DNA of 46,156 nucleotides, filler included, from Basidiobolus ranarum (Eukaryota): NCBI GenBank assembly GCA_040143965.1. It is 14 parts of 14 records of this genome, joined end to end, with 100 filler letters (N's around TTAATTAATTAA, not from the genome) between each part and the next. Parts side by side here need not be neighbours in the genome. Positions count along the whole stretch, not along the records: positions 14,313 to 46,156 come from JASJQH010006962.1; 13 more parts are not named here. One strand, 5' to 3'. Shown piece by piece: positions 34,674 to 46,156 of this stretch (position 1 is its first letter; each line of letters starts with the position of its first letter). The notes under the pieces were generated by a model. It saw only the letters and a program-made list of their open reading frames with translations, ran no database searches and was not told where the DNA came from. The position numbers and the translations under genes were made by a program.

Positions 34674-37600
34674 ATGGCATCAGTATTTAAAAGACGTTTC
34701 ATTTCTATCGTCATCCTATCACTTTTCCTAACATATTCCTACTTCCTTTATACTCATATGCCACCCTCAAAACGATCGAATGCAAAAAAAGTAAAATCGA
34801 AACTTAAAGCTTCCAAACGTCAACCAAAGTCACCAAATCTTACGTCATCAGTTGACCAAAATATCAGTGAACAAGCCACAGAATCTGGTCATAAAGATAT
34901 CAGTAATGATGGAGTGATAGGATTAAATAATGAAACCAATTCAGATAAAGTAAAAGAGTCGAGTAATGAAAGTAAACCAGACGAAGTGAGAGAATCAAAT
35001 AATGAAAGTGAGCCAGACAAAGTGGAAGAATTGAACAATGAGAACGAGCCAGACAAAGTAAGGGAATCAAATAATGAACGTGAGCCACACGAAGTGAAAG
35101 AGTTGAATAACGAATGTAAACCAAACGAAGTGGAAGAATTGAATAATGAAAGCGAGCCAGACAAAGTAAGAGAATTAAATGATGAACGTGAGCCACACGA
35201 AGTGAAAGAGTCAAATAATGAATGTAAACCAGACGAAGTGAAAGAATCGAATAATGAGAGTGAGCCAGACGAAGTGAGAGAATCAGATGGTGAACGCAAG
35301 CCATACGAAGCGAATGAATTGAATAATGAAAGAGAACCGAACAGAGAATCGAGTTATGGAAGTAAGTCAGACGAAGTGAGAGAACTAAATAGTGAACTAC
35401 ATGAAGCGAAAGAGTCAACTGATGAACGTGAGCCATACGAAGTGAAAGAGTCAAGTAATGAATGTAAACCAGACGAAGTTGAAGAGTCAAATAATGAAAG
35501 CAAACCAGACGAAGTGAGAGAACTAAACAATGAAAGTAAGTCAAGCGAAGGAAATTGGCAAGATATAAAGGAGCCAGTGATTAATCGCACTCTTCAACAT
35601 GACTTCGAAGGTGGAAGCCATAACACAGTAGACGAGTCAACAACTGAAATTGACTCACATCAAAGTAGTGTTCCAGCTAATGGTATATTTGTCGAAGATT
35701 CATCCAATACTGCAGATATACCAAACCAACCCTTAACAGCGACCTCTTGCGATGACTCTCAAGAGGTGATTTCCCATAGAAGTAGCACTAGCCACAACCT
35801 AGTTCCAAGGATGCATTCACAAGAGAGTGTAGATGATCGAAATAATAGCGAAAATACCCCTCTCCTAGGTGCCTCAGAAGGAAGTAGAGAGTATACGAGC
35901 AATCACTATCGAACACCTATTAGAGATGAGCGAAATGTTATTCGTGATCTTCCAAAAGAATATGCAGAAAATCTGAAGGGATGGTGGAGGAATATTCGGC
36001 CCCTTTGGCGCTGGACAATTATTGCACTGATTATTTTAATAGGCCAACTACTTCTCTTTGTATTAGCAATGCGACTGGTCAAACCTAGAACCACACAAGA
36101 TCTTCTTCAGTATAGCAAATTGGCATTTCAATCAGCTACCATCTCCGATTTGAGGTCTTCTTCCTTTCTAGTTACAACCAATGTATCCATATCAAATCTC
36201 CCAGAGTATTCGCTCGTATCTTTGCCCACTACCCTAGATGTTTTGTATCGAGATGAATTCATGGGCACAATTGATGTACCTGAATTAACGTTAGGACCGC
36301 ACTCAAGCTGGTTTATGATTGACTCGCCCCTGCACATTGAGGATCTCGATATGGTGAGTGAATTTGCTACAGATTTGATGACTTTGGAGAGTCTCATCTG
36401 GAATTTACGAGGAAATTTGAGTTTACACAGCAACGGATCCAAAGTACAAACATTTCCCTTCGCCAAGGATATTGGGCTGAAAGGTGGCTACTAGGCAATG
36501 ACTAGATCTTGACTGTATATACTAACATTTCTTTGAAAACTTAGGCCTAAGAGGCATTCGAAATCTAACTATGACATCTTTGAATCTATCGACAAACACG
36601 GGTGAAGACGACGTCCAACTGGATGCAGTGATTTCTTTAGTTAATCCCTCAAATGTAACCCTCTATCCAGGGTGCATTCCATTTGAAATTCTCTACAACG
36701 GTGTTATGCTTGCTCAGGTTACCACAAACAACATTCCACTTACACCAGGGCCCAACGACATAAGTGTATCGGGGAAAATACTCACCTATTCAGAGGACGA
36801 TACCGAAGCCGTATCGGAATTTATAGCTCACTACCTGAAAGGAGAGAGAACTCTGGTGGATATTCGTGGATCAGGCACAAATGTTACTGTACCGTGGTTG
36901 GCTGATGCAGTTCAAAGTATACAAGCATCACTTCCGGTCTCTGGATGGTCTGATCGAGCATTCATTACCGATATAAAGCTACAAGATCTAAGTAGTGAGT
37001 TTCTAGCATCCGACCCAACGCCAGTCTTGGGTGGAGCTGTCCAAGCAAAGGTTAAATTGCCTACCTCGTTTCCAATGAAAACGAAATATTTCACACAATT
37101 CTCCGAAATTTGTGTTTACCAAAAGACGATTGGTGAAAAGGGAGACCAATGTATACCTTTCGCCAGGCTGGCGTTGCTAACTATCCCAATAAAGAGTACC
37201 GTTAAGGGAGATTCGATTATTATCTCGGGGGATTTTAAAGGCGTTCCGCTGTTTCCGTTAACGGACAAGAACTTTTTTAATCATGTGGTGGAGCACTTCT
37301 TTGATGGTAACAAAAGCTCTTTCGGGATCTCAGGAGAAACTACAGTCTATGTCGAAACTGCGGTAGGAGTTATGGATATAGATCTGAGAGAATTTAAGCA
37401 AGGTTTCTCAGTAACAGGTAACTTGTGATGATGGTTGCACACAATCATTGATACAGCCATTGATACAACCCATTCTCTCACTTAGGATTATCGGGCCTAC
37501 AAAATAACACGCCAGCCATATCAAGTGTAGACATTGCCAAGAAAAGGAAGGAGCTTGTGTTTGAGTCGGAGGTAACGCTATATAATCCTGGTCATTTGAT

Positions 37601-38343
37601 CTCCAGTTGGGGAACCCTGCTGTTTGACATAGTTTTCCAAGGCATCCGTGTTGGCCAAGTAATCGTACCGGAGCTGCGCATGAACCCCGGAGAAAATAGT
37701 GTTCCCTGCATTGGACGTTTATTTGTTACTACTGACGAACAAGTGAACAGCACCGTTAGGTCGTTACTCAGCAACTATATTTCAGGTAAGTCGATATACA
37801 GTTGGACTCGTAAGACTACTAACAATCTTCAAATTAGCCTCAGAAACCACTCTTAGCATCGTTGGCAATGAATACTCAACTGAGAACCCCACTCTTCTAG
37901 AGACGTTTAAAAACTTTACTAGTGTTGTTTCGCTTCCTGGAATATCATCAAATTTAATCGCAAATCCAGTGTTTCATATGATGTTCGGTAGCTTCACTAC
38001 GGATGTCCTAAATCCTTTACAGTCGGTCCCATTAAAGATCAAATATATCAATGCTACAGTGTATGCCGAGGAGCAATTGATCGCAGCAATCGACGCAGAT
38101 CTTCAAAACTCATGGTGGTTGTCGCCTATGATTCTACCGCCAGGTAAGTCAGTCAGATCCCCCAAACTTCCATTAACTTTCAACCCAGCTGGATATAAGC
38201 GTATTAGAGAGTCTTTAGACAGAACTCTAGTAGTTAAAATAATAGCCCGAGTACTGGTGGAGATTAATGAGGTTGCAATGTGGCTCGATTATCAGAAAGA
38301 ACGAGTGTCTGTTTTGATTGATGCACGTTTTCTACATAAATAA
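34674..38343 (+). CDS. Membrane-anchored protein with repeated LEA2/DUF3712-like (Tag1-like) beta domains and an acidic repeat N-terminus, 4 exons; start could be 34758
   Basis: TM helix WTIIALIILIGQLLLFVLAM; repeated NPS/NPG...F.I.Y.G..L....L.PG.N modules; ENTPLL dileucine-like motif. Confidence 0.75.
34920..35545 (+). repeat. Coding minisatellite, 36-bp (12-aa) unit, about 17-18 copies
   Basis: E(S/L)NNE(S/R/C)(E/K)P(D/H)EV(R/K/E) repeated. Confidence 0.93.
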
Positions 38344-39805
38344 TATTAGTTCGACTTTTACAATAAATATCTACTTTTTTACCCATTCTCACAACTATTT
38401 CGTGAGCCTTAAAATGAATGATTACATGCTCCGCTGTTGGCTGCTTATTTTCTCCTATAGTTGAGCAGCCATGTATGTCAGGATCTGCTATAAATCAAAC
38501 TGAAATACTAATTATATAATCACTTTTGATGCGACACCTTCTAGTTAGGGCTCATGAGTGCAGCCTTTTTTCGGGCTCCACAGCTCGTAATCCTCTGAAG
38601 ACCCTTCTAAATAATATCTTGTGTATCAAGGCTGCAATTGGCCTAGGTGCGCGTTTAAATTTAGATGAGATCTGTCTAGTTCAGCAAGTTTAATCCCTGT
38701 ATTTCTTTTAGTGATGTGACGCGTATTTAAAACAAGTTAACAATTCAGTCTCAGGAAAAGGAATGTAATACATTGCGCTTTATTGTGTTGGTCTTCTCCA
38801 GTTCAGAATTCGAGCTACTAGAGCCTTTGTTCATACCCTAAAAATGCTAAAAATGCTAAAAATCAGGGTGACGGATATCATCTATTGGGTCTAATAGCGA
38901 TATAGCACTCCAGGAAATTAAGCAATGTAAGGTGAAATCTCATATCAGTATTTGACTTGACTAACTGTTTAAAGGGTTAAAAATCAAGTAGTACCAATGC
39001 TCTTATCTTGAGAAAAACATCTTTACGTCATTTTTAGGGTCATGGCTTGGTGTAAAATATGCAGATTTGGATGCACGACACGAAGACAATGATCACAAGT
39101 GGGCATTTTATCTGATGGGCATTAGTGAGTATCAGAAATCGATATTTTTTCCAAACTTATATGCTTGCAAATACTATATGATTAACATATGATTCCTGGG
39201 TAAGGGGGTCATAGATTTTGAAATTTCAAAATTTGTTTTTTGATTCGAAATTTACAACGTTCTCAGAGTAAATTTGTGATTAATCAACGAATGCGTCTTT
39301 TTAATATAACTGTCTTTTTCTGACTTCACCAGCTTGGAGGAAAAAGACACTCGCCAAACACCTCGATCCTTACTTTTTTGTATTCAAGATCCTTCGCTTA
39401 CAAAGTCTAACAGACTTGCGAAATTTTTGTTACAAAACTACTATTTCTTTGTTTTTATTTGCTGGTTAAGTTTGGGTTTACTCTTAATCTCATCTAACCA
39501 AACTTTTACTTGTCTTTTATTTTCAAACAAGTTAATTCCCTCCCACCATTGAGGATCCAGTTCCATATCGCTTCGACATTCGTATCTTTCCATTTACAAT
39601 ACCAAAAGCGATTGCTGTAGCTCATTCAAACCACTTGGCTACAATTACGAGAGGCTAAATATTCCGCTCCATTCGCGAAACCTTTTTACAAATACCCAAA
39701 GGGAATGAATCATCAATATTGCTAGTACTTCAGACATTAAAACTACGCTACTACACTTTATCATTGAGGAAAGCAAATTTTGAAATCGAATATTAAAGTT
39801 ATAAA

Positions 39806-42800
39806 ATGGAGATCTCTACAAAACGACGTGTAAAAGTTTATGAATTGGGTGACGATAGCGCTTGGAAAGATAAAGGAACTGGCTACTGTGTATGCATGTT
39901 CTATGAGGTACGTTCATCTGTATATATATCTATATATATATTAGCCTAGTTTTCGAGGCAATCATCTTTCGTTACTTTTACGCGCAATGGTTGTCTATGT
40001 AGGTAGATACAATGTATTCATATCTTTTTCAATAGGATAAAGAAGAATTGGATCTTTTAGTTCGTTCAGAGGAAGAAAACACTCCAATTCTGTTGAACTC
40101 GAAGGTTGTCAAAGGAGATGTATATCAGAAGCAGCAAGGTTTTATTCATTTTTACGCGAGTTCATACTTATACTATATTCAATTTCTAACTTAAAAATAT
40201 CGTTTGATCCGTGAAGAAACTTTGATCGTATGGACTGAACCAGATGGTCAAGATTTGGCACTTAGTTTCCAAGAGGCGGAAGGTTGTGCTGAAGTATGGT
40301 ATGTCACGAGTTTCTTTAGGTTTAAAGTAGATGGATACGTCTCCCAGAATTCATGTTTAACCACTTTTCACCTTCAAGGGATATGATAATGGACATGCAG
40401 AAGCGCCTCCCTGATCCGCCAATAGGTTGGGATATTTTTAATCGGCAAATATAGAGGCTGAGCTAATACTATATTGCCCATATTTCTAGATCCAAACTCA
40501 TCGGAGTTTTTTCAAGATTCCGCTGACAGCTCAATCACTTTACCCCCTCCAGAGCTTTCGAATTTACCAGAGATAGAAGCAATAGTGAAGCAAGTTGGTC
40601 GGTTTGTTTATGGCCGAGACAATTTAGTTAGTTATGTGATTCAAGAGGTATGTGGTTAGCTGTTTGTCTTCGACCGCATGGACACAGTAGTAATCGTCGA
40701 TGGTTCATTTATCAAGAAATATATAGACAAACTCCTTCCTCTTCTGGAGATTTGCGAAGATCTAGACGATATTAAAGATTTGCATATCCTCTGTAATATC
40801 ATGAAAGGATTAAGTAAGCATGCTCTTTATTGCCAGTAGGATTTCTCGATTCAAGCAGTTCCTAACTTTGTTGTGTTTTACTTGCAGTTTTATTGAACGA
40901 GAACGCCATATTCGAGTATATCGTCCAAGACAATGTAATCCTTGGTGTTGTGGGGATGTTAGAATGTACGGATGTTTGTCATGTCTCCTTGTCGGTTCCC
41001 CATACTAACACAGTATACACATCTAGATGATCCTGACTATCCCAATGCAAAAGCACAGCATCGTGAGTACTTGGCCAACAATTCCAAGTTTAAGCAGGTC
41101 GGTTAGCCACCTAGTGATTATTACCGAGATCTCCAATCTAAATCCTTTTATTTCACTTAGATTGTTCCTATCAAAGACCCCACTGTGGAAAGCAAGATTC
41201 ATCAAACGTTCCGTCTACAATACCTCAAAGATGTCGTTTTGGCACGAATCTTAGACGATAATACCTTTTCAATCCTGAACTCTTTGATCTTCTTTAATCA
41301 CGTGGATATTGTCAATCATCTACAGCATGACCACGAGTTTTTAAAGCAACTATTCGGTATTTTGGACAATGCGGCGGAGTCTAGTGAGCGAAAGCGCGAT
41401 GTGATTTTCTTTGTGCAGCAGTTCTGTGCTATTTCAAAGAATCTTCAGATGATGAGCAGATCAGGGTTGTATAGAGCTCTGAGCCAACACGGTCTATTCT
41501 GTATCTTCGATTATTCCTTGCCAGATCCTGACTCTTCTGTCCGAATCGTGGGTGCAGAGATACTTTGTTCCATTCTGGATCATGATCCCAATTTGGTCAG
41601 GTCATATATCCTAGCTCAAGTCAAACAATCAAGAAAGCCATTGATCGAAACAGTCATTGAGCGTCTTATTGCAGATGAGGATATAGGTGTCAAGGTACAG
41701 TATGCGGAGTTGATCAAGGTTTTGCTTGATACCAGTTCTGGGTTTGGTGAGCACTCACTGACCGGGCCGGCAGAGGTAATGGGGATTTTGGATAGCACAG
41801 TTTGAGTATTTGTACACGTCGATACTAAGAAGCTTTATATACACATCCAAGGCTTTAATGCAGCAAAAAAATGATCCCGAGGCCAATGAACTGCTCACAC
41901 TATTCTATGATCGCTTTATAAAGCAGTTGTTCGCTCCCATATTAAGCCTCGACGATTACAAAGATGACGAGCAAGGTTGGTTTCAACTGTATTGGTTTTG
42001 ATTCTCTTTATTAATCACAACCCTCGTATATCTAACAGAGTTGGCGTTCGATGTGACTCAGTCAGCTTTATATTTCCATTTGTGTGAATTGATGTGTCTA
42101 TTTATACGAGCTCATACTTTCCGGAGCAAATACTTTGTTCTTTCTACGAATATCGGATCGAAGTTCGTAACGCTCTTTAAAAGTCGAGACAAGCATTTGA
42201 AACTAGGTAAATCCGTTCAGATGTTAATGCAATAGATGTCTTTGTTAATCCTAATTTTGATGTATTAGCTGCTCTTCGCTTCATTAGAACATGTGTTGGT
42301 ATGAAGGACGAGTTTTACAATAAGCATCTTGTTCAATTCAACTTGTTTGCTCCCGTGGTGAATGCTCTTATGGAAACCGGTGATCGCGACAATCTTGTCA
42401 ACTCTGCTTGTTTGGAGCTCTTTGAATTTATCCGAAAGGTAGCTTAACGGAGTTATTCTTTTGTATCCTTCATTTTTTAATGAGCTTGTCAAATTTCAGG
42501 AAAATTCTGCCAACTTGGTTAATCATATTGTCAAAGAATTTGGACAACGTTTAGAGGAAATCGATTACGTGGAGACGTTCAAACTCTTGCAACGGCGTTA
42601 CGAACAGAACCTTGATAGTACTAACACCAACGCTGCAGTCGTTTCAAACATTGAAAGGTTTGCCATTGAGTACTTCTTTCTGTTTTATTAATCGACCTTT
42701 AATATTCATTCTTCACATTATTAGTGATTCTACTCGTTCTTCACGTCAACCAGGTCAATCTGCGTGGGAATCATCCACTCTTGATGAAGACGAAGAGGCC

Positions 42801-43178
42801 TATTTTAATACTTCTGACGATGATGAAGGTACTGATCAATCAGGCACCGATTCCCCTAGCTCCAACATTTCACCTATACCATCTGATGATAAATTAAAAC
42901 CGAACGGTAGTTTAGTGAATTATTCGGATGAAGAAGACGACTCGTCAGCGGTTGTAGTTCCTACTGCTGAAGACGCCGAGTCGGAAAACTCAGCTAATAA
43001 GGGAGAGAAGCGGCCTCGTTCTGAAGATAGCCCCGATGGCACCTGCAATGAGAAAAAACTTAAAGAGGATGGAGAAAATGATAAATCGGTGAATGGAGAC
43101 TCAAACCATCAAGATATAGATATACTTAAAGAGGCCGAGATTCTCACTGAGAAAGCAAAAGAGTTAACTGGTGAATAA
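39806..43178 (+). CDS. PSY2: Protein phosphatase 4 regulatory subunit 3 (Psy2/SMEK), multi-exon
   Basis: RRVKVYEL...[93 protein letters not shown]. Confidence 0.95.
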
Positions 43179-44191
43179 TAGTCACTTGTTCTGGTTCCCA
43201 CTTTATTTATGCTCATACTTGATAACTCTTGTCATCAATAGATTATCGAAATTTTCTTTAGTTCTATCTACTTGGTCTATTAATGTGGAAGAAGGTGGAA
43301 TTATGTTTACTCATTACGGCCACCATATCATTTTGACAAAACCTCAATATCTTCCGATTTAAAAGGAATCAACTTATTTTACTCCTATTCACTCATCTTC
43401 CCGCCATTTTCTCTTACATATTCTTTGAATCTTTTAACATCTTTTACCATCATCCTCTAGGTTACTTCCTTCTCCAACAGTCATTTTGTTCATCCTTCTT
43501 TTCACATTGTACTCTAAAAAGTGTTCTTTTTATTTGATTTTCTTTACAACAAAAACAACCACCAAAAACCAACTATCTCCAAAATATCCACCTCATTCTA
43601 TAATATTTATCAAGTATCATCACCTCTTGTTTACTCGATAAAATTCTTGGGAAATAAGAATGTTATGTGTAGAAAGTGATCTTTTGAATGCAATAATGAC
43701 TGATCGGACTAGCATGTTACTACTTCAAGATCTGTGTATCTATGGAAGGTGATGGGAGATTTGGACATATTGTACATAAAAGCATGTTGCAGAGTAGTTG
43801 ACTATCGCAGGCTTATACATTATACGTCAAACAATGGAGATCTGACAGTCAGATTTATGTTCCCAGAAACACCCCGCTCCGCTCCGCCCCACCTCGCCCC
43901 CAAATTAATGCACACAGTACTATAGAGTAGATTGAGTCAAGGTTGGTCATGGTGATTATACTAAATTTAAAATTAAACAATCGATATATTCCAAATATAC
44001 TAGTTGTTGGCCACCTTGGGGTAATACAGAGCGCATGCTCATAATAATGCTTTTGTATCTATATTAGGGAATTCGGTGATACAGTCACAATTTGGTGATT
44101 GAAGGTGGAGTAAATGTTTTCCTGTCAATGCTATAACCTCAACTAGAACTACGTACTAGAGGCAACACTGCCAGTCCTAGTCATTCGTAAA

Positions 44192-44255
44192 GAGAAGGTT
44201 ATGGATGGAAAGTGTCCCAAGTGAGAAGGTTATGGATGGAAAGTGTCCCAAGTGA
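44192..44255 (+). repeat. Perfect 31-bp tandem duplication
   Basis: GAGAAGGTTATGGATGGAAAGTGTCCCAAGT x2. Confidence 0.95.
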
Positions 44256-44399
44256 TATAGAGTGAAAGGAAGGAGCAGGGGAAGAGTAAGGAGATGTTTG
44301 AATAGGGTGTATAGGTTCACCTGGAGTAGCACATATTGACGTACTGCTTTGAGGAATAAATATAATTCTCGTGTTTCATGTGATTCTTTTCAGTTCAGT

Positions 44400-44439
44400 A
44401 TGAGTCATGATTCTTATTCTTCCGACATCCATATAAATA
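44400..44439 (+). promoter_or_regulatory. Gcn4/CpcA-type response element (ATGAGTCAT, 44400..44408) and TATA box (44432..44439) of ILV6
   Basis: Optimal AP-1/GCRE 9-mer 23 bp upstream of TATAAATA, in front of an amino-acid biosynthesis gene. Confidence 0.65.
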
Positions 44440-44477
44440 AGTAGTTGTCTGGAAGAAAAGGGGAACTCAAATTCATC

Positions 44478-45448
44478 ATGACTTGGTCGGTAATTAAAGC
44501 ATCAACACGTCAAAGGATACCTTTCGGAGTTTTGGTGAGTCCTACCACCCCGTAAGATTTCTTACTTCCATTCTAACCAGGTTTTTTCTGTAGAGTTACT
44601 CTAGAAATGCGCTAACTCATCGCTATGTCCCATCCGTAACCAAGTTCTCCGCTCCAAAAGAATATACCACATCGAACGATGATAATAGAGTGGATAAACG
44701 TCAGCCGAGATTTAAGAAACTTCCAGCTCTTCCCAATCTTCCAACCCTTTCTGCTCAAGAGGCTGTCAGTAACATTATTTATAGCACACCTACAGCACCA
44801 GCTACCCCAGTAAGCAGACATGTGTTGAATTGTCTCGTTCAAAATGAACCTGGCGTATTGTCGCGTGTAACAGGAATCTTGGCCGCTAGAGGATTCAACA
44901 TTGACTCACTCGTAGTAGCCAAGACAGAAGTACCCGATCTTTCGAGAATGACCATAGTTCTCATTGCTCAGGATCTAGGTGTAGAGCAGGCCATGAAGCA
45001 ATTGGAAGATCTAACTCCTGTATGGGCGGTTCTAGATTATACAAATACCAAAATCGTTGAACGTGAATTGCTTTTGGTGAAAGTTTCAATCCTTGGATCG
45101 GATCATGAACAAGCCATGATCCAAGGCGTCACTAACTTCAACTCTTCCTCAACCCCTGGAAAGAGACTACTTGAGACTCATGAAAATCTGAACGCATTAA
45201 ATCGTTTGACAGATATGTTTAAAGGGCAAATTTTAGATGTTAGTAATGACTGTGTTACTATTCAGGTCCCAGCCAAACCCAGTAGACTTAATGCCTTTAT
45301 GAAGCTGATTCGACCATTTGGTATTCTTGAAGCCTCAAGGAGTGGTATGATGGCAATGCCTCGTTCGGTAGCTTATGAGGAAGATGAGCAAGAAGATGAA
45401 CAAGAAACTGACTCCCAAGTAGATGCCACTATGTTGCCTCCTGGTTAA
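44478..45448 (+). CDS. ILV6: Acetolactate synthase small regulatory subunit, mitochondrial. Exons 44478..44534 and 44594..45448
   Basis: HVLNCLVQNEPGVLSRVTGILAARGFNIDSLVV.TEVPDLSRMTIVL; C-terminal DATMLPPG; basic/Ser-rich presequence. Confidence 0.96.
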
Positions 45449-45536
45449 GCAAATGCATGTATTCGTTTTGTATAGTAGTTCACTAATGACTAATTGAAAT
45501 AAACCTCCACCTATTGAGCACATCCATTACAGCGTT

Positions 45537-46156
45537 TCAATCTAAAATGAAAGGAATTAAAAGAATCAATAAAATTGGAGATAAGCCCAGACACATGGCA
45601 AAAGAAAAAGTGTCCAAAGACTTACTCTGTATCAAACGTATAGTGTAGCAATAACCACAGAGGATTATTTGCTTTTTGAGTTGGTCGACTGCTGCTAGCT
45701 GATGAGATACCCTTTTTTTATACCCAGTGAAGAGAGGTTCCTTCAATCTGCAAAAGCGTTCTGGTCTTTCTCCATTTGAGAGTAAGTTAAGAAGGATATG
45801 TCTAAAGTTTAAAGTAGCAGTCATGTCACAATTCCAAAGACGAAGGGGAGAAACTTCAGTAGTATTGGTCACGACCTTTAAACACTGTTGGTTTTTGCAC
45901 CTGAGCAGAAATTAGGGTTGAGTTTGGAATTTTTTACTTGCATGTAAAAGGCGTTTACCTTAAAAGGCCGTGACGATATACAATTGGATACTTTTCTCTT
46001 TTGTATGATCTAGGATTTTGTACTTTCTTATACTTTTCCAGTTCACCGTTATGGCAAGTAGGGCACAGACTTGAAGTTTTAAGCTCATCAGGGAGGTATA
46101 GCTGGAAGTCTTTTTTGGCTAACATTCTTCTCATTCCGACGCCTCTATTGAGCGAA
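45537..46156 (-). CDS. Fanzor1 (TnpB-like RNA-guided nuclease) C-terminal half, possibly decaying; 5' part outside window. Exons 46155..45959 and 45900..45537
   Basis: Spliced: RGVGMRRMLAKKDFQLYLPDELKTSSLCPTC...VQNPRSYKR...HGLLR|CKNQQC...RLWNCDMTATLNFRHILLNLLSNGERPERFCR. This comprises RuvC-II (DExxTS), a CxxC/CxxxxC zinc finger and RuvC-III (WNRD-like). 58-nt intron GTAAAC..CTAAT..CAG. Confidence 0.88.
45572..45720 (-). ncRNA. Candidate Fanzor omegaRNA (scaffold plus flank-derived guide)
   Basis: Position immediately 3' of the conserved Fanzor ORF end; stem CTCTGT/ACAGAG (45625..45662); TIR-like end at ~45592..45615. Boundaries are inferred. Confidence 0.4.

Noticed and set aside
34889-35590. 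Repetitive Ser/Leu/His-rich minus-strand ORFs
   Set aside because: Antisense readings of the 36-bp minisatellite.
39334-39800. ORF 39334..39552 and uORFs upstream of PSY2
   Set aside because: TTG start and low-complexity product; the ATG uORF at 39705 is only 6 codons; no conservation evidence.
45727-45915. Plus-strand 62-aa ORF
   Set aside because: Antisense to the Fanzor exon and intron; no motif.

Overview
Eukaryotic (fungal) DNA with two distinct parts. (1) 1..14212: thirteen unrelated 1000-1002 bp contigs, sorted by decreasing length and joined by an artificial 100-bp spacer (44 N + TTAATTAATTAA + 44 N). They are almost entirely CpG-depleted, decayed transposons: one CACTA/EnSpm (CMC) DNA-transposon family with CCC termini, Ty1/copia pieces (including a full LTR with PBS), Ty3/gypsy gag, and two fold-back elements. 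(2) 14313..46156: one gene-dense contig with short GT-AG introns. Its gene content (Rrm4, FNIP, GH18-CBM5/12) suggests an early-diverging fungus; this is inference. Genes in order: a head-to-head pair of GH18 chitinases, YIPF6/Yip4, an intron-containing CENP-B/pogo-derived protein that has lost two catalytic Asp, Rrm4-like, FNIP/Lst4, a 72-aa DUF1748 microprotein missed by the ORF track, a DYRK-like kinase, a DUF3712-like membrane protein with a 12-aa repeat, PSY2/PPP4R3 and ILV6. Main discovery: the right edge (minus strand, ~45537..46156) holds the intron-split C-terminal half of a Fanzor1 (eukaryotic TnpB-like RNA-guided nuclease; RuvC-II, Zn finger, RuvC-III). It is followed by a candidate omegaRNA hairpin and a Tc1/mariner-like element end. 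All family calls come from motif recognition by eye; no searches were run.
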